DNA of 64,000 bases from Auanema rhodensis (taxonomy: Eukaryota; Animalia; Nematoda), in NCBI GenBank assembly GCA_964057225.1, contig OZ059898.1, forward strand, positions 15,252,001 through 15,316,000, given 5' to 3'. The notes beneath the pieces are model-generated. The model saw only the letters and a list, made by a program, of their open reading frames with translations. It did no database searches and was not told the DNA's origin. Below, piece after piece: positions 51,601 through 64,000 of this stretch. Positions within the stretch are counted from its first letter, which is position 1; each line of letters starts with the position of its first letter. The position numbers and the translations under genes were made by a program.

Positions 51601-54600
51601 CAAACCGTGTCTAACTTCAACTACTATGCTCAAAGGCATAACGATGCAACAGACTAATAGATCTGCTAAAGCCAGTGAAAACAAAAAATAGTTGGTAACA
51701 TTATGCAGCCTTCGATCTGTGCTAATTGCGATGCATACTAATGCATTACCTGAATAGTTCATGATGAAACAGAAGGAAATGAAAAGAGAAGTGGGGGTGG
51801 AATTATTGAAATTCTAGCAGTTTCGAAAAAAGGCCAAAGCTTGAAAAGATAATCACCAATCAATCCAACAAGGCATAGTGCCGGTAATAGCAGAAGTGCT
51901 AAAACGTTAAGAGTATGTCTAGGATTGGTCATCTGAACACGTATAGAAGAAAATTGCCATTGTGTCATGTAGGCATGGGATGTTTGATAGAATGGAAGCG
52001 AAGAGGGGCAAGAGACGAGGCTAGGCCGACCAACGCCTTGAGCTGACTGGCGGCAGCTCCGCCCCTTGAAATACCCGCCTCTTTGAAAAGAGAGAAGAAG
52101 AAAGGAGCAGTATGTATGTATCACACTGTGATTATTCTGAAAAAAAAAACATAATGGTAGAAAGCATAGAGAAATAGTAAACTAGAAACTAACTCGCTAT
52201 TCGGGTTTATGTTGGAAAAATTTCTAGTTTGATTTGGAGTGATAAAATGTGAGAGAAATGTATATATGTGAAGGTATTGTAGTCGGCTGTTTTAAAATGT
52301 TATGAGGGTCAAAGTAAACGGATATTATCCTATGGTTTCAGTGATCCCGAAATCTGCTTATCTTACGTTGGAATGCTCGTGGAACATTTTAACAGCTATG
52401 TAAGATATGGAGCTGCTATGGCTCTTGGAATCGCTTGTGCTGGTTCAGGATACAAGGTTAGTTTTTCCTTTTTTTTGTTAAGATTTTGTCATCGGTGCAA
52501 CAGTTGTTTTTGATAGCTTTTTGTGGTAACGTGAAAATTCTACTTTCATTCTAGTGTATTGAGATTGGACTTTGGTGGTCCCATTTGAATATGAAATATG
52601 AAACCCACGTTTGTCTTATTAATTCCTGATTACTCGCTTTTGGAGTTGCATATGCTAAACGTTTGGGCTTCAATATTTAAATCATTTACCTCTACGGATG
52701 AGTTTGTCATTTCGTGAACTCATTCTTTTATATCTATCCTATTTCATTTGAAGTCCTCAATTTTTGAGTGTCTTATTGACGATAGGCGAATAAGAGATTG
52801 AGCACTTGACGCGGAATCTGCTTGAAGATAAACGAAATTGGTAGGGGGGGGGGATAGATATTTCATAAAAAAATATGCTAGCATTGTCATTAAAAGCTCG
52901 GGAAGTTATAAAACTTTATTTTTTTCCGCAATATGTGTCATTTTACAATGGTTGATTTCCTGTTTTTTACAAAAAATTTTTTATTCACACCTTCTGTTTG
53001 TTTTGATGTTATTAAAACAAAACAGAAAACAAATTCCATAGAGGAATGTCTATATTTCTGACTTGTCAGATCTGACTTTGCTTGTTTCCAGGAAGCTATT
53101 GCCCTTATCGAACCCTTGTTATCTGCCAAGGAACACTACGTCAGACAAGGAGCTGTCATCGCCTTGTCCTTCATTCATATCCAACAGACGGATGCAACTT
53201 GTTCTAAGGTACGTTTTATATTTTTCCTTTGTTGTTGTTGTTGTTGTTGTGATAGCTGTTGCTCAAAGCTTTCACTTATAATGCGGACTTGCCAAAGCAT
53301 GTAAGGATCCATCAGATTATTTGCGGAGAGATTTAAAATTTTTCGCATTTTTTTTGTTTAAGTTGTTACTTCTGAAAAATTGAATAGACTTCAGAAATAC
53401 TGCTATTCCATTAGATAAGACAATTTTCTATAAGTACACCTAATTTCATGATTATGGACGATTCATTCTTGACACTTTGTGAATTCTTCTGCGGGAATTG
53501 GTGTAAAAGATTAGCGTATATATGCTTGACGAGAGGTTTTCAGCAGGGACTTAAAGATTTTCTCACATTATCTGTTAAGTTGGAAACTTCTTCTAATCCA
53601 TTCAAGTACAAATATTTGATGAATGTGCAAGCTTGTAACAAGTGAAGATATTATCAATGCCGTTAAACTGTTTGATATCCCTCTTCTAAAGTTTTCAAAA
53701 TAGCTGAAGAGTTCTTATATTTACTTATTTGGTGTTACTGAATTGCTGATTTACACATGTAACTAAAGCTGAGCTTGCTAAAGAGTGGTATTCATCTTTG
53801 TAACATCTTCTTGCTTTTATTTGGATTTCTACTATATTATTCTTCACATTTGTTTGTTGGCACATTCACGCAGTTGTGTTTTGTGGAACTCTTTTTGATA
53901 CTCAACTTGACAAAACATCTTGACTTAGAAATAGGTTTTATGATGCAGCGCATCTACCACATCTAGTAAACAGCGACAATTTGCCAAAACTAAATTTTCA
54001 TAACTTTATGCGGCGGATCTGATAACCTGTGGCGCTATAGCTCTTGACCATTCAAGCGGCCTTTTTAGTGTAGTTTGAAAGGGCGTGGAGATGCTTTTGT
54101 TGTGAGTTCAAAATTTTTGACGTTACATCATATCTATAAATAGACTTTCTTCCACAGGAAGTGAATTCCAACTTAAAGAAGCTTTGTGGAGATGGCCGTG
54201 GTGTCAATCAGCTAGACACATACATTTTTAATTCGGCAAGACTCTTAGTGACCCGTTAGCGCTTGTGAAAGTTAGCTGTACGTAATAGGACATTCGAAAG
54301 GGAATTGTTTTGAATGTATACTACGTTTATTTAATTCTTTCCCAAATCTAGCTTTTGCTTTATTCCCTTCTTGAGTTGTGTGTGTGTTCTTTCTTTTACA
54401 TATTATCCATGCCAATGTGATGCGGGAAGTAGAGCTTATTATTTACGCACAAGAAAATAGCTTTGTCTATTTTTTTTACTAACTGTGAAGTATTCTCTGA
54501 GGATTCATTCGTCTGAGACCGCATTTTTTGGTTGTGCTTTTTTGTCACCAATTGAACTAAGCTTTCACAAAAAGACAAGCTTGACAAATGCATATTGTGA

Positions 54601-57020
54601 CGGCAATTGGGAATGGTTGCAATTCGAGGAAAGTAAATGTGAATTGATAAGATACGCTACCAGTTTAAGCTTCTTTGTTTGCCAGCAACAAGAAAACAAA
54701 TTGTTTAAGCTTTTCTATGCTTTCATTTTTTGCAGGTTTCGGAATACCGTAAGCTTCTTAACAAGATGATCACAGATAAGGGAGAAGAAGCTATGGCCAA
54801 GTTTGGAGCATTCATCGCTCAGGTATTTTGTTAAAAAAATTTCTGTATTTACAGTTTTTAACAGGGAATTCTTGATGCTGGAGGTAGAAATCTTACCATT
54901 TCCCTTCACAACCGAACCGGACATCCTGATATGGGAGGTGTTGTCGGTATGATGGTCTTCCAGCAATACTGGTACTGGCATTCTATGGTGAACTTCATTT
55001 CCTTGGCTACTAAGCCTACCTGCCTCATCGCTTTGAACAAGAATTTGGCTGTGAGTAATTAAACTGCTTGAAGAGAAACATGTGCTTGTTCAGATGCCAA
55101 AGATGGAGTTCAAGTGCAATGCCAAGGCATCCATGTTTGCATACCCACCAATTCTTGAATCGAAGAAGAAGGAAGAACAGGAGAAGGTATTATTTGAAAA
55201 TTATAAAAGCGTTTCAAACGTTCTCTTTCTAGGTTGAAACTGCCGTTCTATCTATTACCAACAAGAAGAAGCAACAGAAGGCTGCTAAAGAGGTCGTTAA
55301 GGAGGAGAAAATGGACATTGATCATCCAGAAGAGAGCAAAGATAAGAAAGAGGAAGAAAAGTACGTTGTTTTGAGATGGTTGCAAAATCTGTCACTACTA
55401 AGTTCATGCAAACCACTGGGGTTAAAGAACCACTTATTTTCTCATATTCGTAACAGTTTTGAATGTATGAGATCAGATTTCATTAATTTTTCCCATGATT
55501 AATCCTATTTTTATCCTGGAGGGACCCCGAAATAGCCGCACATCCGATGACTTATTCCAGTCCGAAGCTGTCGCACGCCCTCGCAGTGCGCACACTGGGA
55601 ACAGATAGATTTTGCTAGTAGCACGAACTTACACTTTAAAATGTGGAAGTTCTTTTTTAATCAGAGAGATAGCATTTTTTATTTAAAGGGAACGTGGAAT
55701 CTTCTATGTCTTTGTTTGTGGTTTCTCATTCCACATTTCAAACTTGAAAAACTATGGTTGAAATTTTCAAAGCCAACTTTATTCAGTTCTAAAGGCGATA
55801 AAGAAATTATTGCACGCCCTATTTCTCATCGAGCTTGGTTTTAGCTCTTTAATCTGGGATAGAGCCTGCTTTATGACTTGCTCGAAATAGGAGATCCGTT
55901 AAGAACCGTTGATTGAGGCTCGGCAGGGGGCTTGAACGCTTTTCAAAAGTAGTATTGCGTGATTTTGATATGGGTTAGAGGGCACGACTTCTTGTTAGTT
56001 TGTGGATTTGTCCTGAAAGTTCTTTTCGTTATGATGTTCCCATAAGTGATTTCTTACCAGGGTCATTACAACGGTCTTATATATGGGTCCCATTAGTTGT
56101 GCGTCATGGGATTCTTCCTGAATGTTTTTTCACAAGTGGTTGATCTGTCACAGCACGAAAGCTATATTTTATCCGCAGTATGAGCAGTGCCAGAAAGAAG
56201 TCAATCATGGCAAGAGTCGGACCACCTGTTTACATCAGCGTGGGGGGGGGGGACTAAAAATAAGGACGACTACTTTTCATTTCGATGGATGAATTCATGT
56301 TTTCTGAATTGGGGGATTCAAAAGTTCTTTTTAATTTTTTGAATTCTTTCACTAATGATGTAGAAGTTGTATACATAAACTCAGAATAGGAATATTCTGC
56401 ATATGTCTTTGTTTCTGGCGTTAACAATGCTCAAGTTTTTTGTCATGCAAAATATGTGTCGTTGTCAAAGAAAATGCCTTTTGATTTAGAGGAAGAATGT
56501 ACATTAATAATATAATAATTAAATTGTTTTCAGGAAGCCAGAAGTTGAGCCTCCTTTCCACAACATTGAAAATCCTTGTCGTGTAGTTCGCCTTCAACTG
56601 AAAACTCTGTCTATGCCCGAAAATGCCAGGTTTATAGAGTTTTCTTATTTCAATGTTTGACAGCGTAATGGTAATTCAGGTACAAACCTGTGAAGGCTAT
56701 TAATCAAGGTGGTATTATCCTAGTAAGAGATCGTAAACCTAATGAGGCTGAAGAACTGGTAGCACAGGTAAATTATTTTAGTTGTTGAGAACTTTTGAAA
56801 ATACACAAAAGAAATGAACAAATATAGTCCTACAAAGTATGCAGAATTTCTTTCATGAAAAAACAAATAGAATAAGCTTTGGAGTGAAAAGCGGAAACAT
56901 TTTGCCCACATTTATCTTCATTTTGTGTTTTAGGTTGTCGCTGGTGGAACAACTACTGATCCTGCTGCCCCTGAAAAGGAACCACACTCAACTTTTGAAA
57001 TTGATCTGAGCGAGTACTAA
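45695..57020 (+). CDS. rpn-2: 26S proteasome non-ATPase regulatory subunit RPN-2 / PSMD1
   Basis: Many exons giving [164 protein letters not shown], ending [12 protein letters not shown]. Confidence 0.97.
48850..51932 (-). CDS. ser-1: 5-HT2-like serotonin receptor SER-1 (class A GPCR), nested in an rpn-2 intron
   Basis: About 8 exons (approx. 51857-51932, 51606-51749, 51027-51299, 50729-50980, 50465-50687, 50065-50403, 49246-49377, 48850-49201). Motifs: [100 protein letters not shown]. Very short N-terminus and C-terminal ETFL PDZ ligand, as in C. elegans SER-1. Confidence 0.96.
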
Positions 57021-57452
57021 TTTATTAAATTCCTACGGCGTCTCATAATAAGCACGGTTTAATCGTTCCTCGCCTTTGTTCTTATTTTTCTTTCCTCAAC
57101 AATTTCCTTGTATGTAGAGCTGGCGGATGTGTCAGACATATTTATTGCTTGAATGAACAGTGGTCCATTCATTTCTATCTTATTAGTTTTATTAAGTGCG
57201 TTGTGAAAACTACAATTCGTCTATGGAGATCTAATTTTTTTCGAAAAAAAAGATTCTATTACATATAGAAATACATGGGAACGTAAAACCCGTTTTAAGC
57301 TGGGAGGCTTATTATTTTACAATTAATGATATACAGTTGAGCTCTTGTCAATGACAAGTGATTGTTTCTTTCGTCTTGGTAGACAATGTTTCCTTTTTTT
57401 ACAATGAAATTCACTGATGACTGTGAAGCAAGAATGAGGCTAATCCTTCATA

Positions 57453-59945
57453 TTACGGGCTTGTTCGTGGAATAGATGGTTTTTCCTGCCATTGTCCCTG
57501 AAGTTTCTCGAAGTACAGGTCTCGCGCTTCGTCTATAGTCACACTATCAACGTTGCGATGTGAACTTGCGGACATGAAGCGATCAATTTTGGTAATACGG
57601 AAGAAGGATCTGAAAGACGATGAGAATGGCTACACTTCTTGCTTTATGATGAAATTACCTTTTGATGTTTTCGGAAAACATGGGCAATAGAAGTATAAGA
57701 AGTAGGGTGAGAATTGGAATTAACGTTATCTGCAAAGGAAAATTCTCTATCTGGATTTCGAGAATCTAGGGGCATTACTTGAAAGTCAGCGAAAGGAGCA
57801 TAATCTTCTATTTGTCTGAGTACACTTGTAGTTACTACGGTGTCTCTCGTAAACAGCGGAAGTTTCATCATGTAAACCTGAATTGTTTTGATACGATTAC
57901 AAGAATATGCTGGCAAGAGATTGCCTAACTCACAATATCTGCTGAACTAGTGAGGCCGAGGAATATGATCATAACTGGAATCATCAAACGAGTTGTACTA
58001 ATATTTTCTTTCAGCTGATATCTAGTGGATAATACTCGAAGCTGAGAATCAACGAGATTTTTCTGAAATATCAAGAATAAAAATTAAAAAAGTGGAAATT
58101 CAAATGGAGTATCATGCTTTACAGCTGAAAATCACGTGGTGGTGATTTCAGTTTTTAATAGATGCTTGCATAAATGGAACAGCTTTTAATTTTATGAAAA
58201 ATCCCACCAAAAACTTTTTTTTGATTCTTAAAATTAGTTTAGAAGGCCATCTGGTAAGAAGGAAATGAGCTTCGGTCCCGCTTCACTTGTTCGCTTTTTT
58301 TGATATCACGAAGGCAGCATGATGCTGTCGATGTAGGAAGTAGAGAAGATGTACGTGGAATATCTGATGTAGAACTCTACGACTTCAAGTAGAAACTCAG
58401 AATTTAGCAGATAAGAAAGCAGATGAGGGGGTGTTTGGAGAGTCACATATCATTTCTCGAAGTTACGTAAGACGTCTATCTGATCAGCTTAGCTAATGAT
58501 CACGAACGACTGAATGATAAAAACAAAAATTGTTAAGCAGACATTGAAAAGACAATGTACTGTTTCCGGTCAAAAGAAAGGTTCAATCACATCGAATTTG
58601 TCATTTATGTTCAAGAAGGAAGTTTTTATTTGTCTTCAAAGTGAATGACTCATAAAGTTTTAACTAAAACTACAATAATTTTGAATTAAACAATGACATT
58701 TAACTTCGAATTTGATTTTTGAGCATTATAATCGTGATAGCCATATAGGAGAAACTGATATATTATTTGGAATGAGCTAAAGGGAAAGTTTGGAAATTCA
58801 AATTGTTTGATATAGTAGATGAATTACAGTTTAAAACTTTTAAAAGTTGTTGCGTCTCTACGTTGACTTCTCGAATTAGACGTTTTTGGCAAAGAATAGA
58901 CAACCGTTCGCTGAATGCTTGTACAGCAAGTTATGATCAAATCAAGTAAATATGCTTTAGATGTACGTGATAGTTGACGTGAATATGCTAATTATGATGA
59001 CGTGAGAAGCAAAACATGAATTTACCGTTCGAGATCGATTGATTAGCCATAGATGTGAAAATATGAGTAGTGCTAGGATGTTGAATCCCACAAGAAAATG
59101 GCTCATGAACAAGCTACCAGCTCCATTATTCTGAAATCACATCCATGTTGAGATTTGAAATGAAATTCAGAAATCAGTTACAAATTCTAATGAGCAGTAT
59201 GGTACGGTCCGAGGGCGTGACGTAGAGATATAGATGTAAATACAGGCTGAAGCCTAGAAGAAGAAAAAAATGTAAGTCGAATGAAAAGATATGATATTGA
59301 GAAGAAGATGCAAGTAAGCCAGATTTGACAAATATTTACTTGTAAGCTGATGAGTGCTAATCCGAACCAGCCATTAGAAATCTTCTCGTACGTTTTGAAC
59401 ATGATTGTTGCAACCATTCTTTCAATTGCTAACAAAACAGTTGAAAGAGCTATTCCAACTCCACCAGCAGCATAAATTGAGCGCAAACCTTAAAACCTGA
59501 TGCTGATTCGCGTTTGAGTGAGCCGAAATAAAATGAGATTGATAAGAGAGCTCTGAAACATACGATAGCATGCTGACGGTGCAAATACTTGAAAATCGCA
59601 TCGGGATTCTTCAGGTAAAACATAAGATATTACAAGGGTATAGAGAGATTCTGATAAAACACCTATAAACATGGAATTATTTAAAATTTAGTTAGCTATG
59701 CTGATTATATGTGACCTACCTATGTTACATATAATCATTGAAATAGTTACGCTGACAAGTAACAGACGAGCATTAACATGAAGTAGCTTTGTATATGCTA
59801 TAGCTATACTGAGTAGACAGATACCCAACAAGCTTACAGGCCCCAGTATCACTCGAAGTATTAGTGTGTAGTGAATGAATGAATTTGGAGCATAGATGTT
59901 GGCTGCGGAACCGCAGAGCTCACAACGAGTACAATTGATACTCAT
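57453..59945 (-). CDS. Nematode serpentine chemoreceptor, Sra superfamily (srab/sra/srb-like)
   Basis: Spliced protein contains LLHVNARLLL, LLAIERMVATIMFKTYEK, LSTRYQLKENISTTRLMIP and C-terminal DLYFEKLQGQW. These are hallmark Sra-superfamily motifs. Hydrophobic segments are consistent with a 7TM fold. Confidence 0.88.
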
Positions 59946-61068
59946 CCGTCCGTTGTCTAGCTGCTATCCTTCCGGCAAATTACGTTTATATTGTATTTCA
60001 GCTGATAATTCTGAAACATAATTCTGAAGACATACATAGCTAGGACAAGACATCATTCAACAACGCTGATCGTTATCAAACAGCAAAGGACTCGGAAAGT
60101 ATAGAGAGGAGGAAACATAATTTTTGGAAAAAGAAGGTTGATATTACAGATGTGTTGATTGGTATAGCAAGCGATTTATACATAAATCGTAAATTCATAA
60201 ACGAAACATTAGAGAGAGGGAGTAAGAGAGTAAGAGAGTGAGAGAGAGAGAGATAGAGAGAGAGAGAGAATAGTTATGATTTGATCTTGAGAGTAATAGA
60301 TACAATACTTATAGAATTAAAACTTTTTTAGAAGAAGACTTTTTCTCCTTTATATGATAGGATAATTCGATTTTCTTTCTGCTTTAATGTGAAAAGAACA
60401 TGAGAATGATTAAGTAAAACTGAAAATTCGAGAAAGACATACAGAGACAGGAGAAAAGATGATTAAACGAATATGATGATGAAGAAGCAAGTGACAAGAG
60501 TAAAGAAAATACTCTAAAATCGTCGTCAGATACTGATGCTGATGGGTTGGAAGTCTATATAAGAATTGAGTGTTGTTGCAATAGAAGCACGATTACGAGC
60601 ATCATGATCGTGATGACGCCAATGGTGATCAAGTTGAGGAGCTAAGACAGGGCGAAGATGAGAAAAAAATGCTTTAATAACTGAAAAGTTGGCTAAAAAA
60701 GGAAAACTTTGTTATTTCTGATCATGAAGCCAGAAATAGAAAGAGGTTAATAATGATATTTGTATGATATGAATGACTTTTACTTTATTCTTTAAGAAGA
60801 AAATAATAGAAAAATGAATTTTTAATAATATAAATAAACAAGAAAAAAACTTTTTTTTTGTATTAAAATATTCAGAAGAAGTAAAAAACCAGAATCTTCA
60901 ATTATGTTTCAAAATAAAAGTTAAAGTTGTGCTATGAATCTGAAACTTCTTAGAAATACATACATATGTTTGAAATTTTAAATTCTAATTAGAGTATGCG
61001 GAAATTAAAAAAGATAATAATTAGTCTATATAGAACAAACTTTTACTATATGATTTGAGGAGATGAAC

Positions 61069-61091
61069 AGAGAGAAAGAGAGAGAGAGAGA

Positions 61092-61168
<77 letters not shown>
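61069..61168. repeat. (GA)n microsatellite
   Basis: About 100 bp near-perfect GA run. Confidence 0.97.
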
Positions 61169-61172
<4 letters not shown>

Positions 61173-61371
61173 TACTGGTTTGACAGGGACTTAATGAAAA
61201 CAAAAACAGAAATATACAATGTTTCAAAGTTTCATTGAAAAATGACAACATGAATGATGTCGACGACTATTCATAGCCAGATTTATTCACATAATAAGCT
61301 AATTCGAAAAACAAAAAAAAGTTTATAAATATTGAATTCATATATGCGTCTTGAGAGTAAGATTGAGAAAG

Positions 61372-61413
<42 letters not shown>

Positions 61414-62028
61414 TCTGAGAGTGGAGATATGCTATGAGAATTATTAACAAGCTGGTTTTCAAGATTGAAATCATGAAAGAGTATATTTTGATGTTTTGTC
61501 TTCTCATTGAGAATAATCTGGAAGATGTAAAAGGAAGAATATTCCGGAGAAGACAAATTTGGATTGAGCTTTCTCACACTTCCGGAAGAAAGAGAAGTAT
61601 GATGATGATGATGATATCGGGATTCAAAGAAATCTCTCATCTTACTTTCATTTAGTTTTCGTATTTGCAATATTGTGAATTGAAAGTCAATTGTTTCTTT
61701 TTATAAATTAATAAAAAACATTAATTAAATGAAATAAAGGAAGAAATTAATTAGTTAAAGGATGAAAAACGAATTAATGACAATATCTATATGAATAAAT
61801 TAGAAATACATTAACATACAATTACAGTAAGTACACATAATTAACATTTTTATAAAAATTTATAATTTTTATAAATATAAATATAATAAATCAAATATGA
61901 ACATATTTATAAATTGAGAAAATAATAAGAAAAAAAAACAAAAACAAACAAATTATGTGTGAAAGAGAAAAGAGAAAAGGTGTGTGTGTGTGTGTGAAGT
62001 GGAAAGAAAGAGAGAGAGAGAATAGAGG

Positions 62029-62087
<59 letters not shown>

Positions 62088-63119
62088 ATAAGGAAGGATG
62101 AGTTAATGCAACCTTCCTGTCGACTTTGCCGCGATTAAATGACTTGTATAGTAGACACGTCACGTCATCCCATATACATATGCTAATTAAGCTTTTCACA
62201 ATATTAAAATAAACATTTATCATATATAATCAGTAAAATCTTGATAAAATCTTAATTCAAAGTACAGATATTGAAAATAAATGTTGAAATGCTGCAGTAA
62301 CTGTTGCATTGACGCTAAGTAGTGTAGATGTATCTGGTGAAACATGTATGTTGTTCTTAGCTTTATGGCTTTAAAGAGGACATTTAGCAATATTCCGAGA
62401 TAGGAAAGACATTCAAAAACATTTGAAAACAAGCTAATTCAAATAGAAACACTTATTTACTTTCAAAAATAATTAGGACATTTTCTAATATTAGTAAAAT
62501 ATGTATTTGAATTATAGAAATTGAATTTAAAAAAGTTGAGATATACATATATGGCTGGAGGAATGATGATGATGATGATGTGATATGATAAAACTTTGTT
62601 AGAAATAGTGATGGATAAGCGAGAAAATACAGTATCTGAGGAATTCGAAAATGGATTGAAAAGTTATAAAATATGTTTGTTTGGATGAAGAGAGATCGAC
62701 CAAATGAATCGCTTTCTCATCTTTAGCGTGAAGATATCTGTATTGCAAAATCAAGGCTAGCAGCTCAAGTTGCATGAAAGGAACACAAAAGAATTGATGA
62801 TGATGATGATGATGCTGTTGGCTTGGTTAGGCTTAGCTATGCTAGCCTAGGGTATGCTAAGATCAGATGGATCTATCACTGGTAGTGATATTGCTGTTGA
62901 CGGTAGGGCTTGATCATAAAACCAAATCATGATCATAGCAACAAATGCATTCCGTTGGAAGTAGATCAAAAGCGATCATAAATTTGGATTGGGTATGTAT
63001 CGGCACACTACTCATGATAGTATTTTTGACACAAATTTTCATATAAAGTGTGACCATCAGAAGGTGAACAACGATGCCAAATTACACAAAACTATTTAAG
63101 GGTACAATTCAAAATAGAC

Positions 63120-63131
63120 AGAGAGAGATAA

Positions 63132-63187
<56 letters not shown>
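63120..63187. repeat. (GA)n microsatellite
   Basis: Near-perfect GA run. Confidence 0.97.
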
Positions 63188-63190
<3 letters not shown>

Positions 63191-63617
63191 GTTGACAGGG
63201 ACTGATTGAAAACGTTGAGAGTTTCTATGTTTTATTTAGTATAGATAGACTGAGAATCTCGTTTAATTGGTGAGCAGAGATCGAGAAAATTGGATGAAAA
63301 ATGTACTGAAAGTAATTTACGTAAAACGTTAAATATGAATAAAGTATGATGTCATTGTTTTGAGAAAATTGTCAAAAACTTATCGAAACAACGTTTTTGT
63401 CTAAGAAGAGCATAAGCTTTTCTTCTATACAGTATAAACCTTTATGTTTGAATTTAAGGTATTCATTATATGAAATTGAAAGAGAAAACAGTTTTTTTTA
63501 GAGAAAAAAGCTTGTCAATGAAGATAAGAACAGACATTGGAAAATCATAACGATGAGCAGAAATAGACAAAAAGAAAGATATATGAAGAGAGTAGGTGTG
63601 TGTGTGTGTGTGTATGT

Positions 63618-63660
<43 letters not shown>

Positions 63661-64000
63661 GAAGTGAGAGAAAGAGATGTAAGAAAGGGATTTGTATAAA
63701 GTTTTATATTCAAAGTAACATAATGTATGTTTAAATAAATAAAAAAGAATAAAAGTAAAGTCAATACAATAGTTGGATAAAATTTCGTAAAGCTGATACT
63801 TGGAGTAGTTCTCGTCCTTTTCACCTTTTAGTGTATAACAAAGGAGATGAAGAAAAATCGAGAGATTAGAAAATCTTGTGAATGTTTGAATTCAAAGAAT
63901 TTCAGCGAAAAATTAAAAAACGGAAAAATTTGAAATAGTTTAAAACTATCTTGATTTCAGGAATTGAATTGAACGAAAAAATCATATGAAAATCTGCAGA

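Noticed and set aside
54025-54100. GGCGCTATAGCTC resembling a tRNA 5' end
   Set aside because: No TTC T-loop or cloverleaf follows.
60460-60680. Acidic peptide-like plus-strand reading frames
   Set aside because: No start codon in frame; explained by GAT/GAA-rich low complexity.
62820-62860. TTAGGC telomere-like word
   Set aside because: Single unit with no tandem array.
5617-63824. Many ORFs with RERERE or SLSLSL runs (e.g. 8305-8532, 25531-25779, 61021-61251, 61891-62223)
   Set aside because: They are translations of GA/CT microsatellites, which lack stop codons.
1-64000. CRISPR arrays, rRNA, tRNA, SL RNA, autonomous transposons
   Set aside because: None recognised by eye; the DNA is eukaryotic and no transposase or reverse transcriptase ORF is present.

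Overview
AT-rich eukaryotic genomic DNA, almost certainly from a rhabditid nematode (many 40-55 nt introns, TTTCAG acceptors, clear orthologues of C. elegans rpn-2 and ser-1). Genes were assembled by hand across introns, so boundaries are approximate. The window contains seven genes. (1) 3' half of an SLC26 sulfate permease (+). (2) A SCHIP-1 (schwannomin/Merlin-interacting protein) homologue (-). (3) An angiomotin-like gene with a PPxY motif (+), head-to-head with the SCHIP-1 gene across a ~16.7 kb GA-microsatellite-rich spacer. (4) A non-classical cadherin, probably cdh-9 (-). (5) The 26S proteasome subunit rpn-2/PSMD1 (+). (6) The whole 5-HT2-like serotonin receptor ser-1, nested antisense in one 3.8 kb rpn-2 intron. 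(7) An Sra-superfamily chemoreceptor (-). The most notable points are the ser-1-in-rpn-2 nesting, the SCHIP1/angiomotin/cadherin neighbourhood, a recurrent ACGT(G)-cluster plus TATGCTAATT module, two GC-AG introns and a MITE-like element in the intron that splits the PPxY motif.
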